A model generated the notes under the pieces. It saw nothing but the letters and a program-made list of their open reading frames with translations. It ran no database searches and was not told where the DNA came from. A stretch of DNA of 64,000 bases from Octopus vulgaris (taxonomy: Eukaryota): assembly GCA_951406725.2 (NCBI GenBank), contig OX597821.1, positions 79,360,001 to 79,424,000 on the forward strand. The letters run 5' to 3'. Both the position numbers and the translations under genes were made by a program. Below, piece by piece: positions 42,640 through 57,739 of the stretch (within the stretch, counting starts at the first letter, position 1; every line of letters begins with the position of its first letter).

Positions 42640-45600
42640 TACAAATAAAAAAGAAAAGGGAAAGCACCCTAAAATTGATGTGAAACAAGAGGTAAAAGAC
42701 AAGAAAATTAAAGCTAAAATAAGCACTGTTCAGAAAAAACAGAAGAACCCCAGCAAGAAATATAAGGGCAAAGGCAGAAACATCTGCAAATTCAACCTGA
42801 AGGGGGACTGCTGGCACGGCATCGAAGGCGCAAACTGTCGCTTTGCACATCAGAAGCCCTACCAAAACCGCATGGACACGAGACAAAAATCCCTCCCTCG
42901 GGGAGAACAAAAAGATAAAGAAAAAGAAAATTATAAAAGAAGGAAAAATAGCGCACTGACCACTCCTGAAAGACGATATGCGGATGTAGTGCGCGGTAAC
43001 CCAACAAATGGCCAGCTTCACCCAGATGTGAGAAGGGCAGCAGCTGAACAGCAATCTTTTTTGTGCATGGCACAAAAAATTGTTCAGCAGCTGACCCGGC
43101 TACAAACACAAAGCTGGAACTACAACCACATAAGGCCACCACCAACAGATGCAGGATGGTCACCACAGACACCAACACACACACCACAAAAATATTTCTA
43201 CTGAATGTAGGAGGGCTGCTGCGTGGCAACTGTAAAAGGAAAATCTCATTCCTGAGAGACCTTGTGACATGCAATCAAGCCGTATGCATGGCACTCACAG
43301 AAACGCATCTTGGACCTGATATAGGGGATGCAGAAATACACATACCACAATATGCAGTCATACGCTCAGATAGAAAAGGGAGGAGCCATGGTGGAGATGC
43401 AATGTACATCCGAGATGACCTCACGCCCCAGGCCCTGCTGTCATATTCAAACTCAGTGTGTGTGACACTCAAATTGTACACATAAGACAACTGAATATCG
43501 TCATATACGCTACATATCGCCCACCAGATGCCCCAAATCACTCAGGCATGTTTGAAGACTGCCTAACAAAAATAGAAGTCCTCACCAACCTTGAACAACA
43601 CAACAGTGTATTCTTCATGGGTGACTTTAACCTCCCCAATGTGGAATGGCCTGGGGGGCAGATGCTCCCAGGGGATGACACACCATCAGCAGGCACAGGT
43701 GGAGTCCCTGCTCCATCTCACAAATGCCTCTTTCATGGAGCAAATAGTTCTGCAACCAACAAGGGCAGATAATATACTGGATCTCTGCTTCACAAACAAT
43801 ATGGATATTATCCATAATGTTAATGTGATGCCGACAATAATCTCGGATCACAACATAATAGAGCTGTCTATGTATGGACCAAAAGGCCCCGTAGACACAC
43901 AGCCTATACGAAGTATCCACCATCTCTCCAACTTAAACTTTCATAAAGCAAACTGGAAGTTGATTGAGAAAGAGATCATCAAACAGGATTGGCCTGAATG
44001 TCTCTCCACACCGGACATTAACATGAAACACAAACACTTCATGTTCATAATACAAGCCATATGTGACAAATATGTCCCAGTGTGCAGGGCCAGCACACAC
44101 AAAAACAAAAACAGGATCCCTAGAGAAAGGAAGATTCTTAAGAGACGACGGACAAGGATTGCGAACCGCCTGAGCAAGCACACCAAAAGTGGTGAGAAGT
44201 CTCGGCTCGAGAGAATGCTAATGGAAACAGAAAAGTCTGCATCAGTCCCATGAAAAGGAGAGAGCAGATAAAGAAGCTTGGGTAATAGAAAATATAAAAT
44301 CAAACCCTAAAGCTTTCTTTAAGTTTGCCAAAGAGACAGCCACAGTGCACCAGAGAATAGGACCTCTCTTCCAAAAAATGGCTCTCTCACAGGAAATCCC
44401 ACGAGGATAAGTGAAATACTGAACGAACAATTCCAAAGTGTGTTCACGACACCTCTAGGACACAGGCAAGTAAACAACCCAGAAGAATTCTTTGCCACAT
44501 TACCTGCGGCCAAAGAGGCAAAAATTGAGTACATCAACATCGAAGATGATGATATCGCACTAGCCATAGATAAGATTGACACAAACTCAGCTGCTGGACC
44601 TGATGGATTTCCAGCGATCCTTCTCAAATCGTGCAAACGAGCCCTTGCAAAACCGCTACAGCTTCTTTTTCAGAGCTTTCTTGCATGTGATAAGCTCCCA
44701 GTCAAATTGAAAGAGGGGGTAATATGCCCTATCCATGTTTCTTGAAGAAAATGACTTGCTGTCTGACGCCCAGCATGGATTTCGACCAGGTAGAAGCTGC
44801 CTAACACAGCTCCTGCAACACTATGACTGGGTGTTAAAACAGCTACTAAATGGCTCAAATGTGTATGTAATATATCTCGACTTTGCAAAAGCCTTTGATA
44901 AAGTCGACCACGGTATGGTCTGTCACAAACTGCGTGGTCTCGGCATAGGCGGAAAACTTGGAGAGTGACTGCACAACTTCCTAAAAGATAGAAGACAGGC
45001 AGTTGTGAGCAATGGAGCCACCTCCAAGGAAACACAAATATCAAGCGGTGTCCCACAGGGCACTGTCTTGGGGCCACTGCTGTTCATAGTGGCCCTTTCA
45101 GTCATGCCCTCAGTTGCTACGATGGCCACCCTTGATAGCTATGCAGATGACACAAAAGTCTCCCACACAATGCAAAACCCTGAAAATATTGCGCATCTGC
45201 AACAGGAGTTGGATACAATATACAGGTGGGCTGAGGACAAAAACTTGCAGTTTAATGCAGGTACGTTCCAGGCCCTGCGCTACCGGCACACAAAGGTAAA
45301 CGACGTGCAGACTGGATACACTGGCCCAGGAAGAATTGCAATCCCTGAGTCAAAATCAGTGCGTGACCTGGGCATTGACATGAGCAACGATGCATCTTTC
45401 CAAGTGCATATTACGAATCTGGTGATAAAATGCAGACGGCTAGCTGGATCGATTCTCCGAACTTTCAGAACAATAGAGAAGGAGACACTGATGGTCCTCT
45501 GGAAAACATTCGTCCTCAGCCGCTAGGACTACTGCTCCCAACTGTGGTCACCACACAATATAAAACTAACAGCAGAACTCCAAGCAATTCAAAGAAGCTA

Positions 45601-46110
45601 CACAAAGAAGATCGTCTCAATGCAAAATATCAGCTGCTGGAAAAGACTGAAAGTATTAAACCTCTTCTCCCTAGAGCGAAGGCGGGAGAGATATGCGGTG
45701 ATATACATCTAGAAAATCCTGGCATTCAAAGTTACCCCAACCGCAGAACGGGGCGCCACTGCATGGTGCCAAAGATTCCAACATCGCCATCAAAATACAG
45801 GTCCAGATACTGCAACAGCTTGGGTTTCAGAGGACCGCAGCTCTTTAACATCCTCCCTAAATAGCTGAGAGACTTACATGGTGTGGATGTGGGTTTCTTT
45901 AAAACTAATCTGGATCTCTTCTTGTCGGGGGTCCCAGATGAACCTACCTCACGACAGGAGACACAGATGCGGGCAGCGGCATCGAACTCCCTTGTTGATC
46001 AAGTGTCACGTATCAGAGGTGGATTCACATATTAGTGTAGCTCATTCCGTGGTGGTGCCCCAAGATGGCCGCGGCCTTCGGGCTAAAACATTTTTAAAGG
46101 ATTTAAGGAT
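42640..46110 (+). mobile_element. Near full-length, degenerate CR1-group LINE (ORF1 CCCH finger; ORF2 AP endonuclease + RT)
   Basis: CKFNLKGDCWHG..CRFAH; ALTETHL, YRPP, GDFN, SDH; LDFAKAFDKV, GVPQGTVLGP, YADD; frameshifts and an internal deletion near 44735. Confidence 0.9.
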
Positions 46111-46196
46111 ATATATGATATATATATTATACAAATATATATATATATACATTATATATGTATATTTATATAATGTTTGTGCACACACACACACAC

Positions 46197-46287
<91 letters not shown>

Positions 46288-46300
46288 CATATATATATGT

Positions 46301-46384
<84 letters not shown>

Positions 46385-46419
46385 CATATATATACATATA
46401 TATATATATATTTGAGTAA

Positions 46420-48543
46420 TTGAATGAGTTATCTTATTAAGGATAATTCGAAAGATAACCGATACCTGGGTAGCAAATTCACATCAGAAAGAACACGGTT
46501 GAAGCTACGTCCCTAGGGCATAGACTACGTGTCTTCGTGCGGAAATTTGTATGTTTATTTTAAAATTATAAGTATATGAAAGAATGGAGTTGAACGATTA
46601 GTTAACAAATATCCTTTATTCTTGACATATGTTTCGAATGCTGCATATTCCTAATTCCGAAGGAATAAGGAGTACATTATGCAGATTTCTCATCAGGAAA
46701 ATCAAGGAACTTATGTCGACATCAAAATGCACAAAAAACATTTAGCTGACCGCTCTCAAGGAGCCCATGGCGATAATGAGTGTCTCTTTTTAATGAGTGA
46801 CGTCAGAGTGGCTGAATGTAGAAGAATCTAGAAGTTTCTAAAGGTTCAAGAACAAAAAAAAACTATATCTGGTTTGTGATTCCTTTCGGGAGACAAATCA
46901 GATCTAATCTCCCTTTACAGTTCCGTGAAGCCGTTACTAAGAATTTTCCTAGTAATTCTAGATACTACTCCACTATAAATTCGCATAAAGTAAGAATAGC
47001 ATTCTCAAATACTAAAAATCTTTCGCAGATAATAGCTTCCCACAATAATAAGCTGCTAAATAGGGTCTCTCCACCCATGAGTAGCGACACCGCCCTTACC
47101 CATTCCAACGTAACATACAATAATAATAATAATAATAGAAGTAGTATGGATATTAGCAACATTCATAGCAGCATTAGCGTTAGCAATAGTAATAATGATA
47201 ATAACATTAGCCAGATTATTAACAGTGGTGGTGTTAGTGGTAATAGTACCAGCATTCTTAATAACAGTTATATTATTGATGATAACAATCGCAGCATTCC
47301 TGTAGCCAGGGAATTTGCCGACGATATTATAACTAATAGTAATGATAATAAGATGAATAGTATCGTGGCCAAAGCCAGCAACAATTTTTACACCTATCAC
47401 AACAATAAAAACTCTGTCTTAGTATCGGAAACCAACCCCAACAGATTAAAGTTCCTATCCATAAATTCCAAAATTAGAAACACCACTTACCAATACAAAA
47501 TCTCTGCTGGAACCGATGTCTACTTCTATATTGGCGCAACCTCTTCTAAATTAGCCCAAAGGATCTCCAACCATTATTCCACTTTCAGAGATAAGAGAAA
47601 GCAACACAGCACGGGGCTAAGCAAATTAGTCTGACGTCTGAAGAACAATAACACTACGTTCAAGCTTGAATGGTCCATTTTGTCGGTGTCCTTCCCGTTT
47701 GATAAAGGCAGAAAATTTTGTGGCGTCTGTAATTCCGAACTTTTTCATATTTTGTTCGCCAAAGGCCCTTTAATAAACACAATCGTCGAAAGATCCTACT
47801 GGTGTTTACACTGGAAAAGACACACCTTTCACTCATATAAATAGTGACTAATATAGATAACCCCTCGATTTCCAAAAAAAATTTTTTTAATTTTTGCTAT
47901 ATTTTACCCCAATAGTCAAAAAGATATTCTTATATTCCCAATTACTACTATCCATTCTTGCGTTGCCTCTCACCTCGCCCGATTCTTTCTCCCTTTCGCT
48001 ATCTACTTTCCTTTCTCTACAGTAAACATAATCGAACACACAGACACAGATCTTTCACCTCACAGCTGTCAGTTTTCTGACATCTACCCATCCACAAACA
48101 CAATCACGCATTCAGACACACACATACACACATTAAGACAGTTATATACAGTCACACACACAGACACACATTCACAAAAGAAATAATTTAAACCCATCAT
48201 TCTTTTGACCCGCACTCTCTCACATTACTATTCTTATGCCTCCCTCCTCCTACTTCGTTTGAACACTTGAACCTTTAGAAACTTCTAGATTCTTCTACAT
48301 TCAGCCACTCTGACGTCACTCATTATAAAGAGACATTCATTTTCGCCATGGGCTCCTTGAAAGCGGTCAGCCAAATGTTTTTTGTGCATTTTGATGTCGA
48401 CATAAGTTCCTTGATTTTCCTGATGAGAAATCTGCATAATGTACTCCTTATTCCTTCGGAATTAGGAATATACAGCCTTCGAAACACATGTCGAGAATAA
48501 AGGATATTTGTTAACTAGTCGTTCAACTCCATTCTTTCATATA

Positions 48544-48548
<5 letters not shown>
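46420..48548 (+). mobile_element. Penelope-like 3' fragment with inverted pseudo-LTR
   Basis: ORF 46876..47634 homologous to 29170-30000 (GIY-YIG); 46568-46850 is the reverse complement of 48266-48548; (TA)n flanks. Confidence 0.9.
48414..48498 (+). ncRNA. Hammerhead ribozyme in the pseudo-LTR; mirror copy at 46618-46702 on the minus strand
   Basis: ATTTTC CTGATGA ...CTGCATA..TAT(G/A)CAG.. GAAAC A(C/T)AT GTC GAGAAT. Confidence 0.75.
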
Positions 48549-48631
<83 letters not shown>

Positions 48632-48794
48632 TATATACATATATATATATACATATATATATACATATACATATATATATATACATATAAATACATATAC
48701 ATATATATATAGACATATATATATATACACATATATATATACATATATATATATACATATATACATATATATATATACATATATACATATATAA

Positions 48795-48825
<31 letters not shown>

Positions 48826-48836
48826 CATATATATAC

Positions 48837-49062
<226 letters not shown>

Positions 49063-49099
49063 TATTTGTAAAAAAGAAGTTTGAAAACGCCACTATATT

Positions 49100-50392
49100 A
49101 GATACATTTTAATTTTCTTATGAATTTTACATGTTTCGGTTCTTGAAAATACGAACCTTATCAAAAATATTACTAAAAAATATTATAAAAAGTGTAATCG
49201 AGAAGAAAAAAGTGTAATAGAGAAGTTCATAATCGGTTCTAACTGGTCTCGAACCTTATCAAAAATATTATACAAAGTGAAAATTGAAAAGTTCATAATC
49301 GTTTCTTACTGTTAATCGCTATATTCCTGTTGAGTGTATTGAAGAAGTCCATTATTGTTTCTTGCTGGTATTAAAAGGAACCGCTTTTTTGTTATTTTGT
49401 GTTCCAATGGTAGCAACAGTAGTGATTTTTGGTCGTGGTAGTTGGTCGTAATTTTGGCAACCTTGGTGGTGGTTGGGGTTGACTGTTGATCGTAGCAGCA
49501 AAAAGTGGTGGGTTCACTGGCACTGTTCACTGACGTCACATAATTCCAAACCAATCAAAACCAAACTTCAACGAATACAAGGTAAAGACCCCCAACTCTA
49601 TCCTGTAAGGAAACCAACCAAGTAGAACGACAAGCTTGACCGCGGAAGAAAAACGTCATCAATTTGTTAACGAATCAAAATCAGATCTGCTCGTAGAAAA
49701 AAAAATTTTCTTTATAAATTCATTTTTCCCTAAAACGTACCACTGCAAGTGGGAGTGATTGTTTAAAGATCTGAGAAATTGTAATTCCACAATTGTAATT
49801 GTGGTAGAATTTCATTTTTCCTTTTCGGAAGACCAATGTTTTGTTTTAATTTTCCTGGCCCAGGGTGTTCAAACTTGGTCTAAATTTTTTGATGAAATAA
49901 AGTTCTTTATTTTGGCGTTCGGTGAAGGTTACGCTGTCACTGAATTTGTAAAGTGGGTAAGTTGTAAATTTCGGATTTTCATTTGTAGCACATCTATCTA
50001 TGTGTCCGCTGACCGGCATTTTCCGGTATTCAGGGTTTCTAATTTGGGATTTATGCACCGCCATCCTTTTACGTAAGCTATTTTTTGTATGGCCTATATA
50101 CTGCCTATTTCAGCCTGCGCATGTTAAGACGTAAATTAAGTTTTCTGATGCACAGGTGAAGTTTGTTCTAATGGTGAACTGATGACCTTGTTCTAGTATA
50201 AATTCTGAACCTTCTACCAAGATGACACAGATTCCGCAGTTGGGCCTTCCACATTTTTTAACTGCTGGTTTTGTGGTTGATGTTGAGTGCAGTTTAGCTT
50301 GGGTTAAAATCCTTTTCAAGGATTTTGGTTGCCGTTTACTTTTAATGATGGTGTGTGTTTCGAGGATCTGGTTCATCTTTGGGTCTCTCTTT
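49100..50392 (-). mobile_element. Second Penelope-like family: zinc linker + GIY-YIG 3' fragment
   Basis: KKCGRPNCGIC, FTCASENLIYVLTC..YIGHT..RMAVH..ELYFIKKFRPSLN; hammerhead downstream on the same strand. Confidence 0.85.
49124..49168 (-). ncRNA. Minimal hammerhead with U3-A8 core
   Basis: ATTT TTGATAA GGTTC...GAACC GAAAC AT GTA AAAT. Confidence 0.6.
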
Positions 50393-50596
50393 ACATATAT
50401 ATATACATATATACATACATATATATACATATATATATATACATATACATGAAATGATCGTAGTGTTATATTAATTATATTTTTTTAATAATTTTGTTAT
50501 ATATTTAAATAATATAAATTAAATAATCTTATGTATTGGCTTAAGTTTTTCATTGTATGATTTGCCTAATAGTGGTTTTATCTCTAATTTAATATA

Positions 50597-50663
<67 letters not shown>

Positions 50664-50889
50664 TCTCTGTTTATTTCATCGTGTTCCTCTCTGTTGAAGA
50701 GCGTAGGCTCGAAACATAAAAGACTTTTTCACCATCCCGGGCGTTAAACTAATACACCTGTGTGTTGCTTTACACACCTGTCTTCGTCTTCTGATTTTTG
50801 TAAATTTCATTAATATATATATATATGTATGAGTGTGCATATATGTGTATGTATATATGTATACGTGTGTATATATATATACTTTATAA

Positions 50890-51055
50890 TAAGGGTTCAG
50901 CAAAGATTTGCTTTACCACATACCGAAGTTTAGAAATAGCAGCCAAAAACCTTAGCTATTTGTTCTACTTTAGCTATTTCTTCTACTTCTAAGATTTATG
51001 GCTGCTATTTCTAAGCTTCGGTATGTGGTAAAGCAAATCTTTGCTGAACCCTAAT
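50890..51055. repeat. Short fold-back element related to the ends of the 31597-32692 arms
   Basis: GGGTTCAGCAAAG...GCAGCCA versus TGGCTGC...CTGAACCC. Confidence 0.75.
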
Positions 51056-51158
51056 TATGAAATATTACTTAAGTTTACCGTGAAATGGTCCTTTTTCATG
51101 CCGAATTCTACTTAGTGAAATTATTGATTACTTCTTAATTAATCAATTTTACCCTTTG

Positions 51159-51211
<53 letters not shown>

Positions 51212-51332
51212 ATTTAACAATAGGATAACATCTCATAAGAATTTATCATGTAGTTAGCGTGAAAAACCTCATAAGAGAAAAAAACCATCAATTTTTTTCA
51301 TTTAAATGTATTTATTTACATTATATAGTGGG

Positions 51333-51541
51333 CATTATTACACATAAGTGCCACACGCTAGGAGGGACTTTTAAAGTCAAAACTACTAAAATAAATAAAC
51401 ACATCGAACCGAATGAAATTCTCGAAGCAAGTCATATATGAATTCCTTCGAGAATTGCATTCGGTTCGATATGTCTATTTATTTCAGTAGTTTTGACTTT
51501 AAAAGTCCCTTCTAGCGTGTGGCATTTATGTGTAATAATGC
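51333..51541. repeat. Near-perfect hairpin with arms of about 100 bp
   Basis: Symmetric about CATATATG near 51435. Confidence 0.85.
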
Positions 51542-51543
51542 TC

Positions 51544-51619
<76 letters not shown>

Positions 51620-51632
51620 TAGATAGATATAG

Positions 51633-51673
<41 letters not shown>

Positions 51674-51989
51674 TAGCATATACAGCTGTGTGTGTGCGCA
51701 CATACACGCGTGTACTGTCCAAATCTCCGACCAATCACATACAGCTAGCTGGCATTCAATTGGCGTATGAAGTTTCGGGCATTTTGATTAAGTTTTGGAT
51801 AGAAAATTCACAAAAAAGTCACTTCTATTGATTTTTTAATGGCTTTGCGGGGTGACTGGAGAAATGTAAAGATGTGCACGACCACCCTTGGACGGTTTTG
51901 AATGACCATAGAAAGTGCGAGCCCTCTAACTGAAAAATTGTGGATTTGTATAAAGGACACACACGCAGACATTTTGCCGTTTATAATAT

Positions 51990-52835
51990 ACTAGCAAAAT
52001 TGCCCGGCGTTGCTCGGGGCTCAATTGCTTGAAAGTACTGTTAATGATTGCACTGAATTATGATGATTATTCAGGCAAATATTGATATAAGCTTACGGTG
52101 GGAGATAAGGACTTAACGATCAAACGTGTGCCATTGCATTGTTTTGGGGGAACCAAATTTCTTATGAGCATTATAGGGGCACCAACTTAAAGTTTGAGAA
52201 AGTGTGGTGGTAGTCCGGGGTGCTCAAAGGAATTGAGTACCTCTATTGGATAGTTGATGACGTCCTCTGGGTCAGGAGTTGTATCGATAGACTGATATAC
52301 ATAGACTTCCCCAGGAATGAGTTTTAGCATTTCATCATTAATATGGTGAACAGTTTTATTCCTCGGGGCCAGTATAGCCTTTTTGCCAATCCAATCCATA
52401 TTCTGATAATTAGCTTGTAGATCTGGGAACACTGCATCTCTGAGATCAGAAGGCGTCTTAACAATGGTACAAATGGAATCGATGGCAATATTACCATTTT
52501 CATCCCCTGGTATTTTGCCTTCGCCAAGTGCAAGGGGGTGTGAGGAAATGCTGCTGATGTGATATTACGTCGCATATGAGCACGCATATTGGTGTGAATT
52601 TTGAGAGTTACTTCCCTTTATTAAAAAAAATATGCATTAAAATGGAAAAAAATAATGGTAAATTATTTGTAAAATCATAGACTCATCGTAGACGTGCGCC
52701 AATACCCAGAAGGGCTCGATATGAATCACGACTATAAGATACCCGGTTTTGGTTAAACTGCATCGCAAAATGTGGGAGTAGTTAGGAATCTAAATCGGAG
52801 TAGACAGACACACAACCTTTCTTTTATATATAAAT
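51990..52835 (-). mobile_element. Helitron/Helentron remnant with Pif1-family helicase fragment
   Basis: TNMRA; AILAPRNKTVHHIN..SID..YPIEVLNS...GLPPHFLKL; begins with ACTAGC..GCCCGGCGTTGCTCGGG. Confidence 0.8.
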
Positions 52836-53348
52836 ATTTTCGTCCTAAAAAACTTTGTATGGCTTGAATGGTTACCTCTGTGGAAATATATACACGCACA
52901 TTATACATACATGTGTGTATAGATGAATATATAAATACATTTAAATATCTATATACACTTTTGGGCGATCTTTCTGTTTCTTAGAGATAACTTTAGATCT
53001 TATTTTCGTCCTAAAAACTTTGTATGGAGTGAATGGTTACCTCTATGGAAATATATACACACACGTTATACATACATGTGTGCATAGATGAATATATAAA
53101 TACATTTAAATATCTATATACACTTTTGGGCGATCTTTGTGCTACTTGTATATACTTTATATCTTATATTCGTCCTAAAAAACTTTGTATGGAGTGAAAG
53201 GTTACCCCTATGGAAATATATACACACACATTATACATACATCTGTGTATAGATGAATATATAAATACATTTAAATATCTATATACACTTTTGGGTGATC
53301 TTTCTGCTACTTGGATATAGGTCTTATATTCGTCCTAAAAAACTTTCC
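52835..53348. repeat. Tandem repeat of about 164 bp (3 copies plus a partial)
   Basis: CGTCCTAAAAA at 52841, 53007, 53171 and 53331. Confidence 0.85.
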
Positions 53349-53359
53349 TGTCACACACT

Positions 53360-53404
<45 letters not shown>

Positions 53405-54138
53405 ACACACACACACACGCACACACACACACACTCACACACACGCACACACACACGTTAGCTTACAATTTTATTTATATATTTGCGTGTCTATGTGTGT
53501 AAAGAGGAAGTGGCAGACTGAAAGAGTCACTCACTACAAAAAGTGAATTACTTTCACTTTATTCGTTGCACACTGTGTGTGTGCGTGTGCGTGTGGTGTA
53601 GGCCACACTAAGAGAAGCATTTGACTTAGACACCACAATGTGAGTTTTCTCTAAATTTTGCTTAATTGTGGTTGAAAATTTAAAAACTGGACCTGGCACG
53701 ACCCGATGCATTCTACTCTTAAAAATGCTAGGTAAATTGTAATTGAAGAAATCCTATATTGTAGATTTCTATAAGATACAAAGGGAGGCAGATAAAATCT
53801 GCCTTTTATAATAAGAGATAGAGATAACTCATATTCATATTACAATATTATTTTGTTACTTCTGAAAGAATTAATAAAATTTGGATATATACTATTTATA
53901 TAGTCATTTATAAAAAAATAATATTAATTAAATCAAATCCTCGTATTTGTTTATTGTTATTTTATTTACTGAGTTCTCTCTTCAATAACATACGGATATA
54001 AGGAGATTTGCTTGTTAGTTACTGTGAATAATACTTATTTAAGTAACTTCAAATCTGGTTACTTTTGAAAAACTAGTAATATCTTGATATCCATTGTTAT
54101 AGCCTAACTCTATATCAATATATGGGGTAATATGTTTA

Positions 54139-54660
54139 TCATCATCATCATCATCGTTTAACGTCCGCTTTCCATGCTAGCATGGGTTGGACGATTTGAC
54201 TGAGGGCTGGCGAACCAGATGGCTGCATCAGGCTTCAATCTTGATCTGGCAGAGTTTCTACAGCTGGATGCCCTTCCTAACGCCAACCACCCCAGAGTAT
54301 AGTGGGTACTTTTACGTGCCACCGGCACGGGGTCCAGTCAGGCAGTACTGGCTACGACCTCGCACGAATCTTTATTCACATGCCACCGGCACAGGTGCGA
54401 GAAGGGCGATGCTGGTAACGATCACGCTCGAATGGTTCCTGTTATGTGCCACCGGCACAGAAGCCAGTTAGCTGCTCTGGCAATGATCACACTCGGATGG
54501 TGCTCTTAGCAACCTACTAGCACAGGGCTCAAGTGCCAGTAAGGCGATGCTGGTAACGATCACGCTCGAATGGTGCCCTTTTACGTGTCACCGGCATGGA
54601 AGCCAGTTATCCACTCTGTCAACGATCACACTCGTATGGTGCCAGTCATCGAATTTGATT
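54139..54660 (-). mobile_element. RTE-type tail element with (GAT)n end and internal tandem units
   Basis: GGATGCCCTTCCTAACGCCAACC; repeated GGTAACGATCACGCTCGAATGG. Confidence 0.55.
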
Positions 54661-54717
54661 TTGACTTTGATTTCATTGTTTATATGTATGAATACATTCT
54701 ATATAATGATATATATC

Positions 54718-54748
<31 letters not shown>

Positions 54749-54919
54749 ATTTATATATAGACACAGGCACACAAGCATCGATGTATGGTGGAGATACTAG
54801 CCAGCTTTATTGATTTTTTGTCTCAGTCTCACGCCGTGTCACTTCGTTCACACATCTACAAAATCCCTCTCCGTGGATTTCGTAGTGGGAAATTTAAAAC
54901 GCCCTTTATATATATATAT

Positions 54920-55281
54920 ACTAGCAGTATCGCCCGGCGTTGCTCGGGTTTGTTTCGACCCGCTGGAATTGTAATTTTGAAAAGTAAAAATTTTGTGAAC
55001 ATTTTTCTGGTCGAAATATACCGAAAAGTGGCGACACAGCAGTGAAAAAATCGTAAAAAATAGGGATTTTCATAGAAAAAATGCACCTTATTGATGTAAA
55101 TAATTTTTGGTGTTAACATGGTCCGATTTGAATTTTATGTTCTACGGAAGGAAGAGCAACCCTTCTTCTATCATACTCTCAATTTTGGTCAACTTGCGCC
55201 GCAGGGTCTCGGAGGAGATAGTGTTAGTTGAAGGCTACCAAACGTGGCGCACACAGACAACTTCAGCTTTATATAGAGATA
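54920..55281 (+). mobile_element. Non-autonomous Helentron-like (HINE) element; copies at 58292-58684 and 58688
   Basis: ACTAGCAGTATCGCCCGGCGTTGCTCGGG start with a hairpin; CTTTATATAGAGAT end; near-identical second copy. Confidence 0.65.
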
Positions 55282-56689
55282 ACACACACACATTAATACA
55301 CATACATAGACACACACACACATGTATGTATGGATGTATATATGTACATCTGTCCACTTCTTGCAATATTTTTATCCTTCACTTCCTACACACACACACA
55401 CACACACACACACCTTATTAGCTTACAATTTCTTTCTGTCAACAATTGACAACAGAAGTACGCTCGCCAATTAATACTACCAAAATTTAACGACAGAAAG
55501 TAAATTAAAAATCAATTTACCTTTTCTGTATTGTTATGGCAATTCGACCGTCGGTGTGTTTTTGTAAATGTGTTCGAATGAGAAGTGAGTTGTGTTTGGC
55601 GCCTTTTTTACTAATAACAAACACACACGTGTTTGTATGTAGTTGTTTGAAACGTTTGTGTTTTTCACTGTCATATATGTATGTGTATGCGTGTGTGTGA
55701 GGAATGGCAAACCAGATAGATAGCGCGCGAAGTTCTTTTGAAGTTCGCGCTCGCTTGTGTGTGTGTGTGTGTGATTTAGGTCTACGTAGGTATGTGTTTT
55801 TGTGTGTGTGTCACTGAAGCCATACATACATATATACATACATAACCTCTCTCTCTCTTTTCTCTCTCAGTCACTCACTACAAAAAGTGAATAAAAAAGT
55901 TCAGTTATCTCTGTCTTTCACACATACACACACAGCACAACATTACTCTCTCTGTCTCTTTACACACACTAACAAAAGCACTTCACTTACACACCACACT
56001 TTCTGTGTCGCACACCCCATCAAACACACACACACACTCACGCACGCACACATGTACATCAATGCTTTCGGAGTGAAATGTTAAAATATTGAGTTTTCTC
56101 GAATTTTGTCTTAATTGGGGGTGAAATTGAAAGAAATTTTGTATGGCATGACCAAATGGAAGTACTTTGAAAAATCATAGGTAAACTCTAATTGAAGAAA
56201 TTGTGTGAGGAGTAAATCGTTATGTATTTATTTGTTTCTGTTTGCTGTGTTTTTTTTTAGTAGTGGTTTAAGGTACACTTGCAAAGAGAAAGTATGAGAA
56301 ATTATGGTGATAACATGAGTGATCCGTTTTATATAAATACTTTCACTTTAATCGTTGCACACTTGCAAAGAGAAAGGAGGAGAAATTAGGGTGATAGCGT
56401 GAGTGAAGCAGATCGCTCCGTTTTTGTGTGTGTGTGTGCGCGTGTGTGTGTGTGTGCTGTAGCCCACACTAAGAAAAGCACTTCACTTACACACCACAAT
56501 GTGAGTTTTCTCGAAATTTTGCTTAATTGGGGTTGAAATTTTAAAAACTGGACCTGGTACGACCCGATGTATTCTACTCTTAAAAATGCTAGGTAAATTG
56601 TAATTGAAGAAATCCTATATTGTAGATTTCTATAAGAGACAAAGGGAGGCAGATAAAATCTGCCTTTTATAATAAGAGATATCAAAATA

Positions 56690-57520
56690 AAAACATGATG
56701 CAAAGGATTTAGCGGTACATATGTTTCGGGCCTTTATTAGATGGTTTATAACAATGCATAATTGATGTAAATGTGTGTCTATAGCCTTCTTCAGCCGCGT
56801 ACAATTACTACTTCAAGGACATGTATTACATTATAAGTTTTACGTTGGGGATGCAAATCCTCAAAATCGCGTACGACAGAGCGAGGCACCAGAAGAAAAT
56901 CAAAGCGTCCATTCCGTTTTTCACTCGATGTAGAATGAGGAAGTTTGGATGTTGAGATAGAGAGGGAAGGGGTTGGGGTGAATCTTTAGTGAGTTAGGGA
57001 TCACAAAGAGGAAGGGTAGTGTGTGCAAAAGGTAGTAAAAGAGAAAAAATTACAAAAGAGTAAAAATTTAAAAAATATATATAAGGATATAAGAATATAA
57101 AAATATATATATATATATATATAAGAATATAAAAAAAGTATCCAAGTATATAAATATATAAATACATAAATACACACAGACGTGAAAAAAACATGGGAGT
57201 ATAAATAAATAGAGATAAAGATAAAGAAGCGAAAAAATAAGGACGAAAAAAAATAAGAATAAGAAACTTTTTTTAAATATATAAAGAAATATAAAGGGAT
57301 GAAGAAATGTGAAGGGGTGAAGAACAAAAAGGGTGGTCAGGAGATAACGCAAGGTACGGAAAGATGCCATATTCCGGTTGTTGAAGCCTAAGGGTGTAAT
57401 GGCGGGTGTCATAAATTAACTTAAATGTCTGGAGACCAAGTGGATGGTCGATCTCGGTTGTCTGGTTTGTGGTTAAACAGTTTATCTACTTCCTCGTAAA
57501 TTGTCTTTGTTACTAAGGTC
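56690..57520 (-). mobile_element. Penelope-like 3' remnant with hammerhead at 56712-56798
   Basis: TPLGFN resembles the GIY-YIG C-terminal motif; GCGG CTGAAGA AGGC...GGCCC GAAAC ATAT GTA CCGC. Confidence 0.6.
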
Positions 57521-57648
57521 AACATGTACATACATACACGCATGCATACATATACACATCCACACGTATATATACATACGTACTCTCGTGTAAAAATACC
57601 GACAGGAATACGCATATACATACGTCCCGCTACGTACAGATACCTAAA

Positions 57649-57691
<43 letters not shown>

Positions 57692-57739
57692 AAACAAATC
57701 AAAATAGAAAATGCTAAAATAATTTTATAAAGAACATTT

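Noticed and set aside
52187-52587. Host PIF1 helicase gene
   Set aside because: Frameshifted, intronless fragment inside Helitron-type termini.
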